Origin: Catajapyx aquilonaris
Lineage: Eukaryota
NCBI GenBank assembly: GCA_000934665.2
Contig: JYFJ02004351.1
Span: 1-32,717, forward strand
Direction of reading: 5' to 3'
Length of the DNA: 32,717 nucleotides
Made by a program: the position numbers and the translations under genes
The notes under the pieces: model-generated
Told to the model about the DNA's origin: nothing
Database searches by the model: none
What the model saw: only the letters and a program-made list of their open reading frames with translations
Part shown: in pieces, positions 12,585 through 22,348 of the stretch
Position numbering within the stretch: position 1 is the stretch's first letter
How the letters are laid out: each line of letters starts with the position of its first letter

Positions 12585-14526
12585 TTTAGGTCGCCAGGTA
12601 ACAGGGCTCCTGAACGTTTGGCAAATCCTGCTTTTGACTCGAGTCTAATCTTCATAGCACAGTTTCTTAGCACGGCATAGACAGGCATTCCCACGGCAGA
12701 GAGATGTAATGTGGGTTGATGGCTGGCCACTTAATAGCAGGCCTACTGCTTAGGCAGATTGTACTTGGACACCCCCAAAAATAAAATTATCAAATTATTA
12801 CAATCAAGCTTTCATAATGACAGTTAACATCTGGCATGTCTTTGAAACCACGACATTATCTTCTCAAGAAATCATGAGACTTGGTTATTTTTCATGTCCT
12901 GTACGTTGGCTTGCCTTCCCTGTCATTAACTCCTGCGGCCCCTGTCATTAATCTTTGAAGACTGGGCTGACATGCCATATAACGTTGCATGAATATAACC
13001 ATACGAATAGGTGATAATGCAAACTCAGCTTAGTTACCCAATCGAACAAGTTGCAGGATGACCCAAATGCAAGAGAGAACCAGTAAGTACAACTTCATAC
13101 GAGACGCAATAGTGACTGAAAATAGGCCTATACAGTATATTTATCCACGTAAAAAAACGCGAAATGTTTTTAGAAAATTAAAAAATCTCTTCAATTACTT
13201 TAAATACCATTCACCAGATGGGAAGCGCTACGTACTGTAAATACAGCTCTAACGTTATTTGGCCACTGATTACGTAAAGATTCACGTAAAGTTCAGAAAC
13301 TTACTGTACACAGCAATATAGCACTGATTGTCATCACAAAGTCATGCGTTTCCTGAATACTGGACTACCTATTCTCGTTTGGGGCATCCTGCACCAGGCA
13401 ATATTGTCGAGTGAAAATGAAATATCCGAGTCAGTTATGCCCTGTCAATATCCACAAGGCAGGGAGCATGTTTAATAATTGTTCACAGTCTAAATGATGT
13501 AGATTTCTAATGTACATGAAAGTACATACAGCAATGCAGAAGGATGACATATAACATGCTAATTGTGAACTCCATTTCATTTCAACTACATGCAATATTG
13601 CCACACTCAACACAGGAGCTTATTTGTTAATTAGGAGAAGTAGGTCACCCAGTCAAAATGAGGTTTCCCTGATCACATGGGACACTACGCCAAGAGAATT
13701 TAAATTCATAAGCCCAAAATGTACAAACATTTACTGAGAAAAATTCACCAACAGTTGAAGTATCTGAATAACCAAAACATCAAAATACTACACTGACTGC
13801 AACCTTGTCTTGAAATTCTGGTATTTACGAGGATAATCTTTAACTTTTTTTTTCCACCTGATTCTACTTGTAATGAAAAACCCTAGGGTCAGTAGGTGCC
13901 ATCCCCTTCCAGGTGGCCTTACCTTAGTCGAAACAAAATGCAACAATGGGACACAAAAGGTCCATTTCAGAGGGACTCCTCCAGTCAATGTCATGTTTTA
14001 GTTCGTATATGATTCCTATTCTATGCATTATGCTTTCCTTTTTGGCAATATAATTACTTATACGCACACACAGGCTCCCTATTGGCTGCCTAGAAACTGT
14101 GATAGTATATGTGGTGTAGAGGTTGTCTCATTGACAAGTCCATCCAGGTGTGAGCACGAGACTCTATACCAAGGTAGCAGGCATTTGCGGTGCAAACAAC
14201 TAACAATATAAGGGCGGGATGGGAGGAGGGGGAGTGGAATACTAGTTATTCTCAAAATTTACAGAATTTAAAATAGGAATGAGTTGGCTTTTCTCGTGGG
14301 CAAACAATGGCACCTCACTCAATTTCTCACACACTCTCTTTTACTATCTCCTGGCGGCAACTAAAAATTAGAACACATATATAAATTGGGGAGGGATATG
14401 GGATATGTGGTGACTACGACAGCAAATAACAAAAAGGAGATAAATGAATGAAGGAAGGAGCATTTTGATCCCTCGTTAGTTGAGCTTTCTCGGGGCAGTT
14501 GGCTGCTCAAAGACCGGCTCTTAGGC

Positions 14527-14634
14527 TCACTTGCTGGGGCGCAGAAATGAAGATATTATGTCGATGGGAATGGGGAAGATGATGGTCGAATTCTTCTCAG
14601 CAGAAATAGTATTCAGCGTCTGCAGGTAGCGCAA
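14527..14634 (-). CDS. Stomatin last coding exon F ([35 protein letters not shown])
   Basis: 108 nt including TGA, TACCTTCCAG| acceptor; conserved STIIFP oligomerisation motif. Confidence 0.95.
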   Translation of the reverse strand: MRYLQTLNTISAEKNSTIIFPIPIDIISSFLRPSK

Positions 14635-15913
14635 CTGGAAGGTACAAGATTATATTGCATTATTATTTGCATGCCATTTACACAATCTCCCTGTGGAATA
14701 TGTTCAAAGTAGAATTCTCTAACACCATGGCCGTGGGTGACGTCACAGCACTGGTGGTGGCCTACTATATTACTATAGTATCTCCTTTTCGGGATTCTAA
14801 CGTCACTCGATACGTGAAATCAGATCAAGGTTACAGAATTCTGCCTGTGCATACAACACTATCAGTTTTTCGAATGACCAAGACACTGAAACTACTGACC
14901 ACAGAACTGGTCAATCATGATTGGTTGCTGATATACTTGGCATATTAAGATATACCAGGTTACCTCGATTGAAATTTTTCATGGGAATGCTGCTCTGGAA
15001 CTGGTTAATTCACATCAGGTCCAGACATGAAAGAACATTTTGGTTTGGCCTCGAGACACGTATACGGTATACCGGTCTGAAAATTTGATCCAATTTCCAC
15101 TGGACTCAATGATTGTCACCATTCTCCCGAATAATGCATCACATCAAGAGATGCCAATATTGACTCCGGTCCCCTTACCTCACGCTGGCTTATGACTGTT
15201 TTACCTCCTGAAGTCTGACGCGAGATTCTCTGATTCTATTATCGTAGGCATACAACAGTTCTGGAGTGAACAAAAGGAAGTCAGTTTTCACAAGGGAAAG
15301 AGCTTTTTTGGCCAAACGTATATTGCAAATGTTGATTTTATTGGCATACTATGTTGTATGTCGCAAAATCCATACTGTCCATAAATGAGTCATTTTCATT
15401 TACAGGTGGTAAGTTAGCAAACGGTGGGCATTTCTCTGATTTAGGTTCTTTGCCAATTTCTAAGACGAATTACCCAAGTTCAATTTGGTAACTTAGGTTC
15501 CATTACACGGAAAGCATCGCTTGCTAAATGTTTCCCGGCACACATTTGCAATGTGTCAACTTGCGCGCGACACGACCCTCTGAACACCCCAGTAAATGGG
15601 TAGCCTGACGAGCAGGATGACCAGCTTTCACCAGCATGTGACGAAGCAAAACTTTACATGCAAGCATTTAATTAATGGTATAGAAATCTCCAAGATCAAG
15701 CAGTGTATTTTGTCATTGAAATTTTGCAAAAACCTAAGTCAGAAAGGAGGATTTGCAGGATCCTGTTACAGGTATATTGAGCCTGTGCTCTCCTTGTCAC
15801 CATTAGTGATATCAACTGAAGTGAAATATTCCTAAATTATGCGAATATCTATTTCGATTCAAATGAATAATACGGCTGCCAATCGACATAAGGAAATACA
15901 TGTGAAATTGTAC

Positions 15914-16079
15914 CTGTAGGGCGGCCGGGCTCTCCCCGATGACTTCTGAGGCCTCCTTGAGCGCCCTGGAAGCCTTCATCTCTCCTTCAGCAGCGATGAC
16001 CTTTGCCCTGGCTTCTCTAGCAGCTTCGGCCTCGGCAGCCATGGCCCTCTGAAGCTGCACCGGCAACCTCACATCCTTA
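15914..16079 (-). CDS. Stomatin exon E, coiled coil (KDVRLPVQLQRAMAAEAEAAREARAKVIAAEGEMKASRALKEASEVIGESPAALQ)
   Basis: 166 nt, phase 2/0, GTGCAG| acceptor, CAG|GTACAA donor; band-7 signature region. Confidence 0.97.
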
Positions 16080-16187
16080 CTGCACGCAAAAGATTTATGC
16101 ATTATTTCCCAGTCACAGACACTTACAAGCATATAGGGTAATGAACACGCTCTAGTTCTGACATTTCAAATGGAGAAAAAAACTCAC

Positions 16188-16349
16188 ATCTCAACTCGCT
16201 CGACCTTGACCCCCCAAGGATCAGTGGCCTCGTCCAGGGCAGTCTGCATCGTGTGAGAGATTGATTCCCGTTCAGACAGGATCTCCGCCAGGTTCTTCGT
16301 GCCAAGAACATTCCTCAGAGTGGTTGCTGCCAAAAGCCGGGTAGAATGG
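16188..16349 (-). CDS. Stomatin exon D (S-HSTRLLAATTLRNVLGTKNLAEILSERESISHTMQTALDEATDPWGVKVERVE-I)
   Basis: 162 nt, phase 2/2, CATCACCTAG| acceptor, AT|GTGAGT donor; TTLRNVLG and WGVKVERVEI motifs. Confidence 0.97.
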
Positions 16350-17292
16350 CTAGGTGATGAAGGAAGGTGGAGTGGGGAAGGGAGAAAAAAAAATGCAAAG
16401 TTATGAATGTGATTGGAAACTGTTACGTAGTCTACTGTACTTGGCTAGCTACACATGTGCTCACCAATATCTCGGTTCTGACTCAAAAGCGCAACAAAGA
16501 TTGAAAGCATTCACGTCACATATATACATACATCAACCAGATAAATGTCTGCAATTATACAAGGCACCCACCTGTAAGGGCTTATTACCCAAGTCAGTTT
16601 AATTAGTTCGCTCCTGAGAATCTATTCAAGCTCAAGTTGGAAGGCTTTCCTGCTATTACTATTTCATTCTCAGTAATCCTGGCCCTGACCCTTTCACAAT
16701 ATGCTCTAAATAACCCCCCACGTCAAACAGCTGCCTTCTAATATAAATGTTGGAAACTGAACATAACTTTACACGTTGATCTCTCTTTCCTTGGTAATGT
16801 GTTTACACGAATGAAACGTAAAACGAATACCCCTTTGATGCTACACCATTAACTAGCACAAAGCTACCTGAAATTCCCTCACCATATTGCGCCAATCGCA
16901 CGAATGAGGGCTGTACGTCGCAGTCTGTTATGCAACGCTCATTTCAAACACTGATCTCATCTAGAACGGAGTGACTACTGTTTACGCAGGCCAAGGATAT
17001 TACACGGTGCACACAAAGAGGTTAATTTGGAATTTCTGAGCCAAATGACAACTCTGCCGTCTCAAGGAAAAAAGGCATATCTGCAAAACCGGTAAGGACG
17101 AAGGTCTCATGCGCCACAAGGAGGGGCATAGGTGACCTATTATTCCTGTGAAATGTAATCAGTACACATTCTGAAAAACATTATTACGCAGTTGCTGCAT
17201 AAGCTTTACATAATTAAACTGATTTAAGGTAAAACGGTGCAGGTTAGAGGGGGGGGGGCAGGGGGGGTATGCGTTCGGGTGGGAGGTTCTAC

Positions 17293-17390
17293 CTGAAGTC
17301 CTCGACGTTGGAGATGCTGATACAGGGATTGCTGACTCGGTAGAAGATGACGGCATCCACGCACACCGTCACAGAGTCCTTGCTGAGGAT
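17293..17390 (-). CDS. Stomatin alternative exon C3 (ILSKDSVTVCVDAVIFYRVSNPCISISNVEDF)
   Basis: 98 nt, TCCCTCCCATCCAG| acceptor, AG|GTAGAA donor, phase 0/2, open frame. Confidence 0.9.
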
Positions 17391-18006
17391 CTGGATGGGA
17401 GGGACTTACTCTATATGTTCTTTACTCTCCCCTCCCCCCACATGATTGTTATCAACAAATGGATTGGCAGGGATGGTTAGTTTGGGTGATTGGAGGGAAT
17501 ACGGACTTCTGCCTTGGCTCTACAAGGTTATCTATATACTCTTCTGCGTCGACTATTGTCCTCAAAGCCGAGAAATAACACTGTCACGCTCTTGGTATTG
17601 GAAACGGTTCCAGTACGCATATCTGCAGCCTGACTGGCGTTCTGAACATGACAATACCAACCAAATCGTTTGACCCTGCACATGTCGCCTCATGCTAACA
17701 AAGCACCAACACAGAATAGGCGTATATAAAGAAGAGAAGATGAAGCAGGCATGAACAGAGAGGCAAGTCAAGTCACCCTCGAAATCAGGGAGTAGTATTG
17801 CCCTCGGGGACCGGGCAGCTGCCCGGGCACCGAGTGCAAGCTGGGCCACGCACAAATACGCAGTCAGCACGCCAAGTACACATGTGTCGTGTTTCTGGTC
17901 CAGGTGTCACGTTGGAAATGATCAAGAGAGCGCCCCTCCCTTATTGACTGGTTGACTGACTGATCAGAGTGCGTGCATCATCGTGCGTGCGCTGGACATG
18001 ACTCAC

Positions 18007-18104
18007 CTGTAGGCCGAGACCCGCACGATGGCTCGCAGAGGGTCCTCCACCCGGAAATAGATGACCGCGTCCACCATCACCGTCACAGAGTCCTTGCTCA
18101 GCAC
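18007..18104 (-). CDS. Stomatin alternative exon C2 (VLSKDSVTVMVDAVIYFRVEDPLRAIVRVSAY)
   Basis: 98 nt, CCTTTTCATCAG| acceptor, AG|GTGAGT donor, phase 0/2, open frame. Confidence 0.9.
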
Positions 18105-19226
18105 CTGATGAAAAGGACGAAGGACCTTGATGGCTACGTGTCACCCACCTACGCGGTCCTACACTGTGTGTTGTCATGTCGGGTACAGTACACGCGGCGC
18201 TTGCCTGACGAGTTCTTGGCCGACCACTACTCCCTGACCACCGTGATTTGTCGACAGTTATGTTATGACACTTGCTAAGAGGTGTTAATTGCTACTTATA
18301 CTAATATATCTGTGGCTCAGTGCATGAAGCAGATAGCCCACACGAAAGTAGCACAAAATCAAGGGGATCAGATAATTAAAAATTGCAAAGGATCATTCGT
18401 GAATTAAGTGACTCCGTCTATATGGGTTTTTTATGTAACAGTCTCTGACACCACTGAAATGTAGGGAGGGGCTAGTAATATGGCAAATGCTCATCACATT
18501 AGGTAAAAATGCTTAGAAAGGTTTATAAATCTCTCCATGCGATAATAAAACGAGTTTGAAGCACGAAGAGGAAACTATGCGAATAATGCTAATCATAAAA
18601 CATCAAGCGAATCACGCATTGTTTTGTAATCAGCAATGTAATGAAGTCTTATGTCTACTTACATGTCAAGCCCCCGACCACCAAGTACTCGTCCACTCTG
18701 ATAAGTTCAAAAAACGACAAGTTTGAGTTTAAATTATCACGTAATAAGCTTGTTATCTCATTACATAGGCTTTATCCCAAATCGTGTGGATTCCTAATGC
18801 TTCATAACCTGTCTAGGATGTGCGTACAGCACTGTACAAGATTGATTGGTGATTAAGGGTTGTTCCTACAAATCTCTTAATTACATGCTATACAGAACGA
18901 CAAAACGCATAGTTTTGTGAGATTGTACTAACTGTGCATCACATTGCATACAGTTGATGAATTATTTTAAGGCAGCGCGCATGCGCGGAGGATAATAACT
19001 GAAGAGTACCTGCAGCACCTATTCGGATGCTCATAGCATTTGCATTATGTTTACCAGCGGCACCATTTTGAACATTTTCATAGCACATCAAAGACCTTCT
19101 TATGCACCGGTAAGAGTCCAGCATGACAATAATCATGTGTTGCTACTGTAATTGACAAGCTATGCATTTTCGGAATATAGCACATATCATGTGGACGAGA
19201 AATATGGGGTTCGGGGTTATAAAATA

Positions 19227-19752
19227 CAGGGTGTCCGCAATGAACCTCCCTAATTTCAAAGAGCAGTAAAAAATAGAAATGCGGAGGTATATTATAAGGT
19301 TTTGGTTGTTTAAACGGTCTGGAGACTCAACAAGTTTCATCCTGAATTTTTGGAACAGCCTATGTGATGCGGTGGCGCTCATCCTGTGGGGGATGCTGTC
19401 GGAAGATGCAAACATAGCATATACAGAGCTGAAGTCGATCGCAAAAGTTCTGGACATGCTGGACATTTCACCTTTCCACAACTCCAAGACAGAATCTATG
19501 CAACTAAAGCGGACAGTCCAAATAATGACGTGTCTTCCATCACCCCTGACATGCTGGAGAGAACCTCAGGGGAGAGAGATTATCGGCTTATAATTGTGCT
19601 TGCTACTAAAGGAGCACACGAGGAAGGCTACTTAATTTTTTACATAAACTTGACGAGTCTCCCTTCTCATTTGTACAATTTCCACACCATGGTCCAGTAA
19701 CTTGTGTAATAGTGACCAGTTAAAACTAGGGAGGTTTATTGTGGACACCCTG
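19227..19752. mobile_element. Tc1/mariner-type deletion derivative
   Basis: TA flanks, TIR CAGGGTGTCC(G/A)CAAT(G/A)AACCTCCCTA; the interior has a degenerate LWG-L stretch reminiscent of a transposase C-terminus. Confidence 0.8.
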
Positions 19753-19891
19753 TATACAGTATATAGCATATTGAAATTCAGTCTGCTCATGTACAGGACA
19801 TTAAATAATATGAGAGAGTATAAAATCAACATTTTTCAATCAAGGTTCCACCGAATGGCTTCAGGTAACTCGCCAGATTTTGCGACATATA

Positions 19892-20101
19892 CAGGGTGTT
19901 TCAACTTTTTTTGTCCCAACAGTTATCGGAAATATTGCACTAAGCTGCTACTTTGTAAGCAGTGTATGCCACTTCAACCTAAGATTCGCAGGGCATATTC
20001 CCCATTCCTCCGACAAACCGGTTGCAAGTCACTGCTTACAAAGTAGCAGCTTAGTGCAATATTTCCGATAACTGTTGGGACAAAAAGGTTGAAACACCCT
20101 G
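19892..20101. mobile_element. 210-bp Tc1/mariner-type MITE
   Basis: TA flanks, about 72-bp near-perfect TIRs starting CAGGGTGTTTCAAC. Confidence 0.9.
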
Positions 20102-20298
20102 TATACACGAGGAAATGGGGTAATCCTAATAAGTACATAAGACGCAGGGGCATAAAATACCCATAAGTCACATTAGGCAAGGAAATAATGTTTGTGTCGA
20201 AATGTTAACTGTCGACAGTCAAACGCGTGTCAAGCTTGCCCTCCATCATATGGTTATTATCGTATCACAACAAATAAGCCAATCCAACACATGTTTAA

Positions 20299-21355
20299 CC
20301 CCTTCGCTACCAGATAGGCCCGAACCACGTAGATTTTGGATTACGCGTACTCCGAAGATACGGAATAGATATTTTACAAATAATAACAGCTCTACTTATC
20401 ACGTTCAAGGAAAACACTATGAATGTGTCTGGTTCCTAAATTAAAATTTTTAAAGGGTATAAAAACTGGGAATCTGAGTACCGGTACTGACAATGTGCCG
20501 ACCAACTGTTAGGATGATTTAAATATGAAATGCGTGATGATATGCGGAATATCAACCTTGAGAACCGTGCCAGACGAATTTTCTGAACTCGTCGTACTTT
20601 GCGAGAAATAAATTAATACTTATTTGCGACTTTCTGGTACTTCGGAAAATAGCTAATAAATGGGAGTTTTCCGAAGTACCAGAAAGTCGCAAATACGTAT
20701 TAATTTATTTCTCGCAAAGTACGACGAGTTCAGAAAATTCGTCTGGTATGGTACTCAAGGTTGTTATTCCGCATATAATAATAATAATTTGATACCCCAT
20801 TATCAGCCTACGGGCCTCCCTAGGGGGGGGATTTCTCCCATTTTTTTTTGTCTGGAACTCTTCCATTTTTTACTATTTTCTCATCATCTGAAATGAAGCA
20901 GGGAAAGGGAAGGAAGGAAGCGGCTGTGGCCTATATTACGGTAACGACCCCGGAATTATCCTGCAAGGACCATGGGAAACCACAGAAAACCATGGTCAGG
21001 GTCGCCGGCCTCCGGGATTCGAACCCAGGACCTCCCGATTAGCAGTCGGATACCCTATCCACTCCACCACTACTGCTTCGGTTATTCCGCATATTATCAC
21101 GCATTTCATATTTCAATCAGCCTAACAGTACTGTTGGTTGGCAGTACTCGGATTTCCAGTTTTATAGCCTTTTTTGGAAATTAATTTAGGGACTTCTAGA
21201 GAAGTAAAATAGTTCCAGACACATTCATAGTGTTTTCCCTGAATGTGGTAAGTATAAGTTAGCTGTTATTATTTGTAAAATATCTTGTCCGTATCTTCGG
21301 AGTACGCTTAAGCCAAATACTACGTTGTTCGGGCCTATCTGGTATAGCGAAGCGG
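20299..21355. mobile_element. TTAA-flanked (piggyBac-like) foldback element, interrupted by a SINE
   Basis: TTAA at 20295-20298 and 21356-21359; long inverted arms; central near-perfect hairpin at about 20570-20746. Confidence 0.85.
20777..21080 (-). mobile_element. Full-length tRNA-derived SINE (304 bp)
   Basis: 14-bp TSD GTTATTCCGCATAT (20763-20776, 21081-21094); A box TGGTGGAGTGG, B box GGTTCGAATCC, (TTA)n tail. Confidence 0.9.
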
Positions 21356-21673
21356 TTAAGATACACATAACTATGAAAAATACACACTGAATACAGTTCA
21401 GATATAATGTAGGAAAGAGACAGAAATGAGCAAGATGAAGACACCGTACAGAAAAGAAGGCAGCGATTAAGCCTTCGTCTTTATATGCAGCAATAACTAC
21501 ACCTGTGCAGATCTACCCTAGATGTGAAATAGTATCATCATAATCTTTGACGTGGAGCATCGAAAGCAAGCCATTCATTCTTCATGCCCAGCAGACAAGG
21601 TACAGTACAAGGCGACTCTACGTACTACTTTAGTGAGATACACAGATGTCAAGTAAGAAGCCAGTAGCCTATA

Positions 21674-22225
21674 CAGGGTGTTTATTACTAGTAGGTCAAG
21701 CCGCAAGTGTCATATTCCTTGGCCCAAGCCAAGTTTAAAATGCAGGAAGGAGAAAATAATGTCGAGAGACCATATATCCTGTAACGAGGTAGACGACCCG
21801 AAGCATTGACCTACTCCTAGACACATGCTGCAACACACACGACGCGACGCCTCTTTGTAAGGAGGTCCCCTGACATGTGGACCCCGCGCCTTACAGAGGT
21901 TGCCTAGAGAGCAGGAGATAAGCGTGATAATCATGACCGATAGGATTTTGCGAGATCACCTCTTTCGCAGAAGCGATTATCATGCCCATATCCTGCTCCC
22001 TAGGCAACCCCTGTAAGGCGCGCGAGTCCATCTGCCAGGAGATCTCCTTACAAAGAGGCGTAGTGTGTGTTGCCGCCTGCGTCTAGGGGTAGGCCAATGT
22101 TTCGGGTCGTCTACCTTGTTACAGGGTGGTCCCTCGACTTTATTTTCTCCTCCCTACACTTTAGACTTGGTTTGGGCCAAGGAATACACCACTTGCGGAT
22201 TGACCTACTAGTAAGCAACACCCTG
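21674..22225. mobile_element. 552-bp Tc1/mariner-type foldback MITE
   Basis: TA flanks, CAGGGTGTT termini, imperfect inverted arms over nearly the whole length. Confidence 0.88.
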
Positions 22226-22250
22226 TATATGTCACTACTGAAGTGTCTAC

Positions 22251-22348
22251 CTGTAGTCCTGTACGTTGTTGGTGGCCATGATGGGCTTGCTGACACGGTA
22301 GTAAACCACAGCATCCACGCTCGCTGTTACAGAGTCGTGGGTCAGCAT
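22251..22348 (-). CDS. Stomatin alternative exon C1 (MLTHDSVTASVDAVVYYRVSKPIMATNNVQDY)
   Basis: 98 nt, CTTTGCAG| acceptor, AG|GTAGAC donor, phase 0/2, open frame, SPFH motif DSVT.VDAV.Y.RV. Confidence 0.9.

Noticed and set aside
21010..21080. tRNA gene
   Set aside because: It is a SINE head: no proper acceptor stem, and it is followed by a SINE body, tail and TSD.
17721..21588. 8-9-bp complementarities between 17723-17755 and 21478-21588
   Set aside because: Short, partly AT-rich and not nested; expected by chance.
17293..22348. Three tandem stomatin paralogues or pseudogene fragments
   Set aside because: Only this one exon appears repeated, all copies keep length, phase and splice sites, and the flanking exons were found once.
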